A stretch of DNA of 64,000 nucleotides from Octopus vulgaris (Eukaryota). Position numbers and translations under genes: made by a program. Shown here in pieces: positions 1 to 13,597 of the stretch. Location: positions 3,906,001 through 3,970,000 of the forward strand of contig OX597819.1 in assembly GCA_951406725.2 (NCBI GenBank), read 5' to 3'. How positions within the stretch are numbered: the first letter of the stretch is position 1; each line of letters begins with the position of its first letter. The notes below the pieces were generated by a model. That model did no database searches and had not been told where the DNA came from. It saw nothing but the letters and a program-made list of their open reading frames with translations.

Positions 1-692
1 TATCTCCCTTTCGTGAGTTCGAACCATGCTAGAATATATCTTTCTTTCACTAATGTGAATAAGGGGAAAATACAATGAGGTAGATTCAATTAATTACACT
101 GCAGCCATTAGATGATAGCTTTATGACTCGTCAAACGAAATCAACATTTAAACATGGCATTGGACAGTAAGCATTGGCCATTTCTTGAAATGCATTAAAA
201 GGAAACTGGAAATGGCGTGTCAAAGCAATTTATTATAGAAGACCCTTATAGAAGAAAATCTTTTAGCATATTTCCAGTCAGGTATTTAGATTTGATGACG
301 AGCAATGCATTAACTGAGGAATACACTGAGGAACTCCATTTGCCTCTTCTTGACATTTATTGTACGTAAAAGTATAAAATGTCAAAAGAATAGAAAGTTC
401 TTAAGCTAGTAGTTGTCTTTAAGAAATAAGTGAGTCCACAAAATGCTTTCCCTGTCTGGAATAAATTCATTTTCCCAAATGTATGTACATATTTTTAGTG
501 AAAGCGTGTGTATATGAATGTATATGCACGTATGTTTTTAGTATTAAAAATTCCATGCTTACTTTGCAGTAATGTCAAATGATATATTTATTAAGTGATT
601 TTTTCCCAGACAGTTATGGCAATGTTTAATAAAATTATATATGCACCGAGAAGATCAAGTATTTGTTTTCCATATATTTAACAACTTTATTA

Positions 693-981
693 TGTTGATG
701 CAAATGGGGAGAGTTATATTGTCTTAATGCCTTATTACCTAACACACTCACCAGTTTGATTTTCAGCCATTTATTATTTATATTTTTCTTCCAAAATTTT
801 CGTTGCTTTTGCAACCTTGTCAATGGATGTTGACTCTTTAGCAAGGTTACAAAAGCAACGAAAATTTTGGAAGAAAAAATCTAAATAATAAATGAATGGA
901 AATCGAACCGGTGAGTGTGTTAGATAATAAGACATTAAGGCAATATAACTCTCCCCAGAAACAACAAAATTTGCATCAACA
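693..981. repeat. Long imperfect inverted repeat (foldback), ~115-bp core arms with 22-bp spacer
   Basis: 706-819 (ggggagagttatattg...gcaaccttg) is the reverse complement of 842-956 (caaggttac...aactctcccc), with mostly transition mismatches. Outer extension tgttgatgcaaat (693-705) / atttgcatcaaca (969-981). Confidence 0.92.
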
Positions 982-1719
982 CACGAGTTCGCATAAATAA
1001 TCTTGCAAACCAGATACAAAGACGAAGTATAACATCTTTATATTTTAAGAGAAACAAATTTATTGTGATTAATGTGGGTAACGATTGGATAAAAAAGCGA
1101 AAGGAGTCTTAGAATACCTATATGTATTCAGATCTTGATAAGTTCAACTTTGTCGATAAAGAAGAGAAGTAAACATACTAATGTTGCATAGGCATATCCT
1201 GATTTAGAAATGATCAATCATGTGAAGAAGAGGTGTAGAAAAGCAATACCATATCACTTCAACTACAGTTGATACAAATGCTTTCTTACTTTTCAGGCTG
1301 AAGTGTTCGCCTTTTATTAACACAAAAGAAGTCGCTAGTTAACTTCTAAAGTCTTGCCGCAGACGGGTCTCTATATTATACGTCTATTTCCTATTAAAAC
1401 TCTCACCTGTGTAAGTTGCATTTTAATAATTTGCATTTTTCAGGGTCCAAACACTAACTTGGAATTAAATCCAGTTCAGTAATAACCAGTCTTAAGGAAT
1501 ATAGGCTGGTTAAAGGTAAAAAGTAGAGATGCGAGTTTTACCTTTAATTTCAATTTGCCTTTAAATATATCATAAATATATATATTACATACATATATGT
1601 TCGTGTGAGTATATGTATGTATGTATGTAAGTATGTATGTATGTATGCATGTATGTATGCAAGAATGTATGTATTCATGTATGCATATATGTACGTATGT
1701 TATATATATGTACATATAC

Positions 1720-1772
<53 letters not shown>

Positions 1773-2509
1773 TAAAATGTGTGTATATATATATATATAT
1801 ATAAACACATACATGCACATTCACATACGCGCGCACACGCGTATACACACACATATATGTATACATATATACTTAAAAGTATGTATTTGTGAATGTATGT
1901 GTGTACACACACGAACACACACACAAACACACACATTTGAGGGCGGGTCGCATGTGTGTACATTTCTGTACCTGCATACGTTTGTGTTTACGTTTGCCAT
2001 GGTTTTTAACTAGTTTTATGTTTGTGTTGTGTTCTTTATTTAGGGGCTTGAGAAATACTGAGGTTTAAAACAAATCCAAACTGAAATTAGTGCTGGGATC
2101 TGTATGATGAACTAAAGCCTTTAAATCTGTACCTCCACCATAGTCATATTACAATAGATTAAATCCAGTAGTTGAATATAGCAAATTAGATGAATATTAC
2201 CCTTCATAAAATCTTTTTCAAATGCCGACAAACAGAACAGTATAGAATACTAGAAAGCGATGAAATAATAACAAAATCAAAGGTAGAAAGAAACAGTCAA
2301 AACACGGAGCAGTGGTGACTAGCTGAGAAACAAACGAATATGTCAGAAAATAAGTAATTCATTTTGACGCGCTCCTTCGATATATTCTCATGATTGTTTC
2401 ACAGAACATTCATAAACATTACTGTATACCAATGTGCTGTTTTACCATAACAGTGTGACAAAATATTCTGATGTTTTATGCGAAGTAAAGTTAAGTTACC
2501 TTCTAGAGA

Positions 2510-2732
2510 CATACCGACTGGTTTCCCGGTTTCTATGGCGTATACATTCCCCACCTGGACGGGACGCCGGTCCGTCCCAGGATTACCCTTTTATGCCAGC
2601 TGAGTGGACTGGAGCAACAGATGTAGTGTTTTGCTCAAGAACAGCAAGCGTCACCCGGTCCAGGAATCGAAACCACAAACCATAATCTTACGATCATGAA
2701 TCCATGAGTAACCACAAAGCCATGCGCCTCCA
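2510..2732 (-). mobile_element. tRNA-derived SINE, family C (V-domain-like centre)
   Basis: Minus strand reads a tRNA-like head with B box gtttcgattcc, then gttcttgagcaaaacac...tgctccagtccactcagc, then ggaccggcgtcccgtccagg resembling the V-SINE central domain. Confidence 0.7.
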
Positions 2733-2973
2733 TTTCATGCGCGGAAGTACGTTACTCGAATGCATGATAGCGATATTGTATTATATTCTCGCAATGCTGC
2801 GAGAAGTCAACGGGTTTTTTTTTTATTCCGTATTCACCGTTGTATTCTGCTTTTGGCTACATTACATGTGTCGCGACCAGTTCTCCTAATTTCCATTGGC
2901 AAGAAGAGATAGGTACTGAAATCTTCTCATGGGGTTGGCGATAAACATTTGAAATCATTCCAGAATTTTGTCC

Positions 2974-3058
2974 CTTACGTTAATCTTACGATGATCACTT
3001 ATATCTTACGTTAATCTTATGCTAATCACATATCTTACGTTAATCTTACATTAATTAA
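2974..3058 (+). repeat. Short minisatellite (~30-bp unit, 3 copies of cttacgttaatctta...)
   Basis: cttacgttaatctta recurs three times; the unit continuation taatcacttat resumes after the SINE at ~3446. Confidence 0.8.
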
Positions 3059-3220
3059 GGCGCAGGAGTGGCTGTGTGGTAAGTAACTTGCTAACCAACC
3101 ACATGGTTCCGGGTTCAGTCCCACTGCGTGGCATCTAGGGCAAGTGTCTTCTACTATAGCCCCGGGCCGACCAATGCCTTGTGAGTGGATTTGGTAGACG
3201 GAAACTGAAAGAAGCCTGTC

Positions 3221-3295
<75 letters not shown>

Positions 3296-3446
3296 TGTGT
3301 CTGTGTCTGTCCCCCTAGCATTGCTTAACAACCGATGCTGGTATGTTTACGTCCCCGTCACTTAGCGGTTCGGCAAAAGGGACCGATAGAATAAGTACTG
3401 GGCTTACAAAGAATAAAGTAAAAGAGTAAAAAGAGTAAAAAGAGTA
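3059..3446 (+). mobile_element. tRNA-derived SINE family A (CORE-like, internal (TA)n(TG)n), 3' segment internally deleted
   Basis: Head ggcgcaggagtggctgtgtggtaag...gggttcagtccc, CORE-like gggcaagtgtctt, internal microsatellite, repeated aaagagta tail. Near-identical to copies at 16094 and 56042. Confidence 0.9.
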
Positions 3447-3509
3447 ATCACTTATTTCTCTGTTGTCTGTTATCGTTACTCAGTATTGGTCACAATGCAT
3501 TTTTCAATG

Positions 3510-3685
3510 ATGCCACCCCCACTGAACGGAACGCTTGTCAGTCGCAGAGTTACACATATACAACTGAGTGGGTTCGAGTATCATCAAATGAATTGTTTTG
3601 CTCAAGAACACAATGCCCCGCTTTTCAAGGAAACGAAACCACAATCTGGCGAGCTGCATCCTAACCAGCAGACCGTGCCCCTTCA
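3510..3685 (-). mobile_element. Degraded family C SINE
   Basis: Shares ttttgctcaagaaca, cgaaaccacaa and ctgagtgg with 2510-2732. Confidence 0.6.
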
Positions 3686-4458
3686 CACTCGATATAATAA
3701 GTTATCTAAATCTTACTTATACATACTCGAATGTACATATTTGAAATCTGTACTTATAGAAATCCTAATGCATTCTTTATCACTTGATCACTAAGGTTTC
3801 AAAGTAGAACTCCATTACATGATATCTGTATATAATAAATAAATAATATATGCGTACACAGCATTAATGAACTTCAAATATCCCATAACAATATTTGAGT
3901 GTTAGAAGGAAATGAACCCGTTAATGAGTCTCACTAAGTAAGATAAGTATCTGATAGTTGGAACATTATGCTCAATAAAGTAAAGAGTCACCGACCTAGC
4001 TCGCACTTATGATACCCTGATAAGCCCTTCGTCTCCTCTTCTTTCCAGATTGTTCCCATTAACGCAATATATGATAAAATGTCACGAATATGTATCAGCT
4101 ATAAGAAAATAATTAATATTTAAATGTCTATTAAAGGTTATATCCTAATATGTTACAGGATTCTAAAGGTAGTTATTGCATAGTGTAACCGTCTGATAAA
4201 GTAAGGTATGAGATACTGAAATAGCTTACATTGTAGTAATAAGCGATGGTGGGACCGAATGCGTTTCTTTTTAGTCTCGGTGGCATAATATAGAAATGTA
4301 GTCACAGACGTACACGCTCGCACACGCACATAATTCTTTCCGGGAACATTGGATCTCGAAGCGAATAAACCAATAAATAATAGCATGCAAATATTGGATT
4401 GAAAACTCTTGTGACTAGAAAGGCTGAGGGATGAACGTGGGGCACGAACCCATATCCT

Positions 4459-4517
4459 TAGATAGGTAGACAAACAAATAGACCGACAGACAGACAGACA
4501 GAGAGACAGATAGATAA

Positions 4518-4554
<37 letters not shown>

Positions 4555-4557
4555 TAC

Positions 4558-4630
<73 letters not shown>
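4459..4630. repeat. (GACA)n/(GATA)n microsatellite
   Basis: Directly visible tetranucleotide arrays. Confidence 0.95.
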
Positions 4631-4631
<1 letters not shown>

Positions 4632-4834
4632 TGTTTCACTCATTAGACTGTGGTAATGATGGCGCAGCGCCTTCAAGAGTTATAGTCAAACAAATCGACA
4701 GCAGTATTAATTTTTTTGTTTAAACCTGGTACTCATTCCATCGGTTTCTTATGCTGAACCGCTAATTTACAGGAATGTAAACACAACATCGGCTGTTAAG
4801 CAGCGGTGAGGGACAAACACAGAGGCATACACAC
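4631..4834 (-). mobile_element. Family A SINE, 3' half, diverged
   Basis: Reverse complement matches the A tail (tgtttcactcatt...gaaccgctaa...gtaaacaca...ggacaaacacaga). Confidence 0.75.
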
Positions 4835-4914
4835 ATAGATATACATATACATACACATATATTATATACATATGTATATCCATATATATATATCCATATA
4901 TATATATGCATATA

Positions 4915-4987
<73 letters not shown>

Positions 4988-5082
4988 TCATTCATAAATA
5001 TATACCTACTCAAGCACATGTATACATATACCTCTATCTGTCTCTCTGTCTCTCTCTCTTAATATATATATATATATATATT

Positions 5083-5159
5083 AGTAAAAACGGTAAGATA
5101 ACAAGAGAAAGAAAGAGACCTCAATATTATGTAAATAGAGGAGATTTATCTTTGAAATA

Positions 5160-5251
<92 letters not shown>

Positions 5252-5433
5252 TTGAAATAATATGTGAATAGAGGAGATTTATCCTTGAAATAATATGTGA
5301 CAATTATTCAATAGCCAAGATAAAACTCTGAGTTTCGGATGCCGAGGTGGAAATCCACAACAGATGGCCAGATAACCGAAGTGATGCTGTTGTGGATTTC
5401 CGAAACCCAGAGTATTATCTTGGCTATTGAATA

Positions 5434-5435
<2 letters not shown>
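5083..5435. mobile_element. TA-flanked repeat cassette ending in a 133-bp hairpin (probable Penelope-like terminal fragment with inverted duplication)
   Basis: 5303-5338 pairs with 5400-5435, inner stem 5349-5363/5387-5401. Each arm carries a cgaaac motif. Internal duplications of aatagaggagatttatc and tgaaataatat. Confidence 0.55.
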
Positions 5436-5493
<58 letters not shown>

Positions 5494-5519
5494 GTATATA
5501 CACACACACACACACACAT

Positions 5520-5557
<38 letters not shown>

Positions 5558-5898
5558 TATATACATACATACATACATACATGTAGATCTGTCTTTGTGT
5601 TTGTGCGCGCGCATGCATCTATCTAAATCAAACTTAAAGAGGGTTAACATACGCCCTACACTAAGATGCTACACTTGGTAGTATTAGTTATTGATATATC
5701 TCTATGTTGTCTGGTGATAAATATATAAAAGTTGAACCTTTTTCTCAGAATATTGTGCAATAGTTGAACGAAGGGCAACTATTTTCAGTTTATGCATTTT
5801 ATACCACAGTTTTGTATTTTTTGACTCATTATCAACAGTAAATGTTTCAGCTTTTTCAACAGCCTTTTGTCAGTACACACACACACACACACACAGAC

Positions 5899-5934
<36 letters not shown>

Positions 5935-7368
5935 ACACACACACACATATATATAAATAATTTTGGGAAAATAAGCTTATTTCTCTTTGTTTATTATAAT
6001 AACGGATGCATGTCATTAAGGATTATGTATCTGCGTCAGGCTTCAAACATTTTCCATAACACTTACTTTCATATTTAAAGTGAAAATTTCACAGCATCAA
6101 ATCTAGGCTTATAGTTTGGAAAAGACTTGCAGGTGAAAATACTTTCTTAAAATATAAATAATTTAGAAAGATACGCAAACACTTACTAACAATAGAATAT
6201 GAGCTGAATTGTTAGGGATTATAATGTGCTGCTATATTTAGAAGAAATAATAGAAATGTTTATGTTATTTACGAGAACATCGTATTTATTCTCTAAAAAC
6301 AAAAACAAGAGTATAGTGATCAGGTGTTATGTGCAGCTCCACTCTGCAGTCAGCAGTATTCTTCTTCAGTTAGTTATAATGATGTATGCAGTTGCATTGG
6401 CAATATGCAGACATCAAATTCAGGCCACTATATTGATGCACAGCTGTAGTCAGCAGTCAACTGTGCAGACAATGCTAACTTAGCAATTTATTTAGCGAAA
6501 TACACGCATTACCTGAATCTACAAACTAGATGTAAAGGGAATCGTTGCATAGATTTGTTACGCATCTTTAGATACTTCATTCATAGAATCTTGTCTCTGC
6601 GTGCGTGTGTGTGTACGCATACAAATGCAGACATATATTTGCGCATGTACACGCACACACACACACGTATATGTATGTGTGTGTCTTTCTGTCTGTCTGT
6701 CTGTTTATATGTATGCATGTATGTATGTATACATGTATGTATGTATGCTTGCATACACACACATAGCCTCTGAATTTTTCTATTCACAAGAGTTTTACAA
6801 CCCGATTTTTATAGCTTTATGTAATGTGCCTCAAGAACCAATATTCTAACCCCACCCAAAAGAGCGAAATAAATTATATATATATATATATACATATATA
6901 TGCATATATATGCATCAGAAAACGTTTTTTTGCTGCACGTAGCGTTGCATTAGATAATGATATATATATATCATTTTCGTAAACCTTCCCGTTATGTGTA
7001 TATATGGTGAATACATATGTTTCAAATAATCATAATCTGATGATGAACATACATAAAGGAAATGTATATTAATAGATTACGTGTCTCTCTAGACGAGTAG
7101 TTTAAATTTGATATTGCATATTGTATGCATTTGATACATTGACTTCTAAAAGTGGCACATGATCAAATATTTTTTTAGCGATATAGTTGATTAAATCGTT
7201 CCCACTACACTGCTGTAGCATATTAGATAAATAATTTTGTAATTTCTGTACGGTTGCAAGTTGTTGCCGGGAAATAGGGAAATCTGGAATCACATTTTAT
7301 ATATGATTTTGCAGCAGGATTTTGAAGGCATTCGCGATTTATAAAGGAGTACATATAATAAATATACA

Positions 7369-7429
<61 letters not shown>

Positions 7430-7500
7430 TGTATGTATATATAAATATATATGTGTATGTGTGTGTGTGTACATATATGTATATATATATATATGTGTGT

Positions 7501-7534
<34 letters not shown>

Positions 7535-7547
7535 TATATGTATATGT

Positions 7548-7614
<67 letters not shown>

Positions 7615-7627
7615 AATAAATAAATAA

Positions 7628-7854
7628 GGTGAGCTGGCAGAAACGTTAGCACGCGGACGAAATGCGTAGCCGTATTTCGTCTGCCGTTACGTTCTGGGTT
7701 CAAATTCCGCCGAGGTCGACTTTGTCTTTCATCCTTTCGGGGTCGATAAATTAAGTACCAGTTACGTACTGGAGTCGATGTAATCGACTTAATCCGTTTG
7801 TCTGTCCTTGTTTGTCCCCTCTGTATTTAGCCCCTTGTGGATAGTAAAGAAATA
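7628..7854 (+). mobile_element. tRNA-derived SINE family B (Meta-domain-like)
   Basis: ggtgagctggcagaaacgttagc head, B box ggttcaaattcc, centre gtcgactttgtctttcatcctttcggggtcgataaattaagtacc. Many copies in the window. Confidence 0.9.
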
Positions 7855-7862
7855 TATATATA

Positions 7863-8576
7863 TCTTTATATATATATAAAACTGAGAATGTGTGTCTGTC
7901 TGTCTGTGTGTTTCCATAAAACTTGAGAACTACACAACCAATTTCATTCAAATTTTACACATGCCTTACTTAGGGTCTGGGGCGTGTCATCGGCAAAAAA
8001 ATGTTCAACTTCTTGCCTAGAGCGATCCCATAACAATATCATATCTTCTCCACTATTTCAGTATTACGTGTTAAAAGTGAAACAAAAATATTTCTCTATT
8101 TTATGTCAGATGCTTTCACTTTAACAGTAAAAATAATAATAACAATTGAATTATATGTAGTAAGTAATAATTAAAATCAAACTAAAGTATAATATAATCG
8201 TAACATAACAAAAGTAAAAATAGCAATTGGTATAAAATTGCATCAATGATTTGAACTTGAATAAGTGGTTTCACATGAATGGGAATAAATTAAAAATAAA
8301 ATTATCGTGCAGAAGTGGTATAGTCCAGATGGATAATAAAAAATTAAATTAAAGAAAATACTATTGTCTATAAAGTATACAATGTAGAGAAAAAAGAAGA
8401 GCTAACAATTCCAGTCTGTTATATATTTTGAGTATCGCTATCACTAGCGATATCAAGATATAACTTTTTAGTTTGCATTTTATATGTAGATGTATATATA
8501 TAGATGTACATGTAATATGTACACATATATACATGCACTAGCACTATGACCCGGCAATGACGGGTCTTTAATGCTA

Positions 8577-8577
<1 letters not shown>
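7863..8577 (+). mobile_element. Non-autonomous Helitron-like element
   Basis: 5' TC after an A, (ctgt)n near the 5' end, 3' hairpin gacccg-gcaatga-cgggtc (8548-8566), CTAG terminus followed by T, no TSD. Confidence 0.75.
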
Positions 8578-8619
<42 letters not shown>

Positions 8620-8627
<8 letters not shown>

Positions 8628-9106
8628 CTATTTATATTATTATATGACTGAACGCCACGCATCCATTTCCAAGTAAGTTCATCTTAATGACTTTGATGCG
8701 ACTCTACCCTGTACAGTTATCTCTCTCCCCATTTCGTTTCCTTTCTCTTCCTTTCTCTAATTCTTTTTTCTCCCATTCACCGTTTTCTATCTGTCTCTGT
8801 CTCTCTCTCTCTCTCTCTTCCTTTACTCTCTCTCGTTGCTCACACGTGACCATCGACCATCTTTCTTTCCTTCACGTCATCATCTTCCTCTTCCTTCGTA
8901 CAGACCAGACACATTCTTTTCTTTTGTCAAATACAATATTCCTCCAGCGTTCACAATCTTACCTCGTCTGGCCTAACGACCCTCCGTGTTTGTTTTCGTT
9001 TGGGTTGTTGTATGTCTCCCGTGTTCTGCTTTTGTTACTAACTTTGACCCTCCGCAAATCCCAAATTTATTTTGGTTCGTGGGAGCAACTGCCTTTCGAA
9101 GCCACA
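8620..9106. mobile_element. Probable solo LTR inserted in (TA)n
   Basis: TGT...ACA termini, ~490 bp, higher complexity than the flanks, flanks tata/tatt as an imperfect 4-bp TSD. No PBS/PPT or second LTR seen. Confidence 0.4.
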
Positions 9107-9962
9107 TATTGTCGTTAAATTCTCGAAATGAGAATATATATGTATGCTTCTGCATATGTTCAAATGAATGGATGTGTATTAGTTAGGAGGGAAGGCACTA
9201 TCCATGACACGTTAGAGCCCCTGAGACTAACAGAAGGAGTGAGTTAAGCAGGAAATTATCATCAACCCGAAACTTAACTCGAATGCTCGCAATAGAGTGG
9301 ACTCCGCTAATAGTATCCAAGACACCCGGATGTCAGGTTCCATCTTGCTCCTAACTAAGCTAATGTTAATATTTGAACGCAAAGTCCAGGAACAACTACT
9401 AGTCTTATGTGATTACAGTTACGCCGATCCTCTATACTACACATTCAAGATATCAATTTATATATAATCCGTACCACACAGAAATCCTTCTTCTCTTCGT
9501 CTGAAAAGGATCTGATTGAGCTCGAAACGTCTTATACATATAAACTATGAAGAATCGAACCAGCGTATATACCGAAGACTTTGACTGCCACATATTGGAA
9601 TTGGACTGACCAAAATGCTCTTCATGTGGACTATAGCCACAATTTAGACAGTACGGCCTGGCTGCACACCATCCTGCTGATTCTGCCCGAGAATAACATT
9701 AAGGATACATGTATTTGTGGAATTCTCGGCCACTTAATTCGATAAGCAGATAACGTAATTCACTTGATCGAAAAACAGAGTAACCTTCACGGAAGGCAAC
9801 GGAGAACCATCTATTACAAAGCAAACACGTGTGTGTATACGTGCATGTTGTATATATACGTATGTACGTGTATATACAGTTGCGTGTATATATGCATACG
9901 TGCATATACATACATACATATATATAAACATATTTTCATATATGTATGTATGTATGTATATT

Positions 9963-9998
<36 letters not shown>

Positions 9999-10322
9999 TA
10001 TATTTCCATATATTTGTATATATGTACGTATGTGTGTACATATACATACCCGTGTAAAGTCATTTACACGAATAATGATCGTCTGTGGGAGAACCTTTCG
10101 CTGCGGTAATTGTTCCGGGAGACGATTCTCCTATATAATATATTTCATAAGATTTGGCCGCAGACATAGGTGTTTGAAACTAAACGGGTCGGACGGTAGC
10201 ATACCTTAAGTTAGTTAGGTAGGCGTCTTCTTTCATAGCCTCAAACTATTAGTAGTATTTGGAAGACAAAAATATGTACAAGTTCTTTCCACGTGTGTGA
10301 ATGGACATATGTGTATACGTAT

Positions 10323-10434
<112 letters not shown>

Positions 10435-11156
10435 CATTCTATGTTTTAATGTGTAAAACAAGCGAATCATACCAATAATGCTGAAAATTCAGATGCGCAT
10501 ACTCTGCAGGTTACCTAATTGGATCTGTTTTCTCAGGTTGCATAATAAGGAACAGCTGCATGTACGCCCAAATATCAGGAGATGAATCGATTGCTTAATT
10601 GTTTGTTTACTTGGATCAAAGTGAAGTTACGACAATAAATCCGCTGCATTCAATCTTACACTTTCCTAATTATACTTTCATTTAATATTATTACTTTCTG
10701 ATGTTTAGTATATTCTTATTCCTATTTTAGTTATTGTGGCATTTTCTCAATATTATCAATAGTTCCTCCACCAACAACAAATCGCTCTCTAAACGAATAA
10801 ACTAAGAACTTCTTCTGTATGCGTAGCGACTACGTTTGTTGATTTTTATGGTTCAACTGAAAAAACATTTAATAATATTCTTGGATTGCCTTTTCCACAT
10901 AACCTGATAACAATTCTCGATTCTTAACCAAAGGCGTATTAGAAGTTCAAATAGGGTTCGTAATAAAGAATATCAAACAAAATATTCCTTAAATACAAAC
11001 TATTTGCTTCTCAGTCTCTCTTCTAACAAATTTTCGCGGAGACAAGAATCATTGTAGAACGTTTGAAGTAGGAAAGTATATCCACAGACGATCATTATCT
11101 CATACACATGAAAACACATATAGACATTTACGCACGCGCAAAACAGACACATTTAC

Positions 11157-11194
<38 letters not shown>

Positions 11195-13597
11195 TGTACA
11201 CAAATACTCCGGTGTCTTTTATAACTCTCTTAAGTATCAATTCAAAGCACAGAACTAATATTAGGAAAGATTTTGCTACGCTGCACAAATCGTTCAGTTG
11301 ACTGCGATGGATTCTTCAAGCACCATCAATTGATGTAAAAGACGGTATGTTAACGTAAAGAAAACTAGCTACTTAGTTACTGGAAACCTCTTGTAAATTT
11401 ACGCTGTAATTATTTTGGAAATTCGGTATTCTTGCAACGTTGAAAGCAGTAAATGTCTCACTTGTTTTCTGTGAGTACTTGTGTGGCACTATAATGTTCA
11501 AATGATAATAATCGTCTGGGGAGAAAGATAGAAAGAAAGCGACTAACCAACGATTGATAGAGTGATGAGAATAAACTGTTATTGATTTTTCTTTTTACAT
11601 AGAAAAGAATCAGAAATGTAGACCAGATGAAATGAAAAATCGTGTCTTTCAAGTTGCTCTCAAGAATATTTGTGATGTAAGTGGCCCAATCCAGTAATGG
11701 AAACCGGGTCATAAAACGATTAGATGAACTTTATAATATTTGACTATGGTACCGCCATGTTCAAATGTGTGTTCATATTTCGTGGCAGTAGTGATGTCGG
11801 TTCCAACTATCACTCATCTGTTTGAAACCTCTGAAATTATATTCAAAATTTATACTTCATAAAATATACAGTATAGCGCGCGCACATGCACACATATTAT
11901 GTGTATGTGTGTGTCTTGTATTTATAAAGGGAAATATTTGAATGTCACAAAGTATACAATATGTACAGATATATATGCGAGCGCAATATATATACAAAGT
12001 GCATTAATCATAAACACCCATAGGTGCACACATTATGTGTAATTCAGAATAGATCATGAAAATTGTATGTTTCACGTATAACAGCTGTTTTTATCTTACA
12101 TAATATGACGTACGTATATTATGCGTGTTCGTAGTGCTTAGAATATGGTAAGAAACATGGGTTCTATTCTTCATAATCGGCCAGATGTACACCAACCGAT
12201 TCAATTAAAACACGTTTGAAGACGTACACACACATATTCTACATAGTAACACTTATAAAAGGGGTTATCAGTCAAAGCAAATATTTTCTTTTTTCTTTTA
12301 ATTGTCAGTAATATTTTAAAATCAGACACTGGTAGAAATTGAATGACAAAACCCTTTGGCTGGTACCAACATTACATTTGGCAGGTTGAAGTTCAACAGG
12401 AAATAAATTTGCTAAGCAATTTAGATCTCTATCTCGTTCTACTTAAACATAAATCTTATCCTCCTACTCATCTCTTATCCAGCTCATCCACTCACAAAAC
12501 CACACGGTGCTATCTATCCATCCACACACCCTCAATTTATCCAACCATACACCCACCCTGTAATCTATCAGATTTGCCAAAGACGCACCTATATTTTCAC
12601 GTATCTACTGAGCCAACTTTTCATTGAATTAAGCTATCTAGTTACGTACATGTGTTTGAATGTGTGTGTGTGTATTATATTCGTTTGTGAATCCATGGCC
12701 ACGCATATACATTTCAGTACATATAATTTAGGAACGCACATATTTACAGAGTGCATTAATGTACACGCAATAGATAAACGATGTGTGTTGCGTTTGCGAC
12801 GTAGCCACACGTGCAGAGAAGCAGAATACTGAGTGTGTAAAGAAATAGAGTGACGGTGGAAGTAGTGGTGGGGAAGAAATCGATACAATAATTTGAAGAG
12901 AAGCTAACCCGCTCACTTTGAGAAGACTTGAAGGTAAAACATCAAAGAAAGCTAACGTCTTGTAAAGATATGACGAAGCGCGTGGTGGTGGTAGTAATGG
13001 TGGATGGAGCAGTGAGACGAAGTAAATACAGAAAGGAGAGAAGAGAAGAAAGACAAATAAAATTGGATAAGCAAGAGAAGGCAAGAAGGGAGAAAAGGTA
13101 GATAGAGGATAGAGAGATAGAGAGATAGAGAGATAGAGAGATAGAGAGATAGAGAGAACTGATGATACATGAGAATAGGTAGGAGAGAAATTAAGGGAAA
13201 AAGAAGGTGAGAAGAATGTAGTTTAAAGGGAGAAGGTAAACATGGTGGAAAAAGTACGGGCTGCTAGCATAACAGAAAGGGAATAACCTGAAGGCTACAT
13301 ACATAGAGAAAGAGAAAAAAAAAGAAAGAACTGAGAAGAAAAATAAAGAAAAAATACAAATAAAAGAAATCGGATTAAAGACTTTCGTTTTGCTTTCTAC
13401 TTAATGTCTTTGTTTATTTTTTTTTTCATCGTTGCTTTTTTTCTCCTATTTATTTCTTGCAGAAGTCAATGGAAGAATACGAATCTGGGTCATGGTAACA
13501 CCGGTCGCTCTCTTCTTTGGCATGATGCAGTCAGGTCGATGGTGTGTGGCGGAGCCAGCCGTCACGTGCTAGCTTTCTACCTTATCGATAATATGTG

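Noticed and set aside
1476-2013. [12 protein letters not shown]-type ORFs here and throughout the window
   Set aside because: Stop-free translations of dinucleotide and tetranucleotide microsatellites, not proteins.
2974-3058. CRISPR-like repeat/spacer pattern
   Set aside because: Only three short units with related spacers, eukaryotic context, no cas genes.
3059-3135. tRNA gene calls for SINE heads
   Set aside because: No complete cloverleaf; each head continues into a SINE body.
3035-3331. Recurrent peptide LLSVSVYQIHSQGIGRPGAIVEDTCPRCHAVG (also at 56012, 37498, 45752)
   Set aside because: Antisense translation of family A SINEs, not a gene family.
4380-4458. Minus-strand B-box-like ggttcgtgcccc suggesting another SINE
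   Set aside because: Single truncated instance whose boundaries cannot be defined.
7037-7070. ctgatga...gaaatgta possible hammerhead
   Set aside because: No convincing stems.
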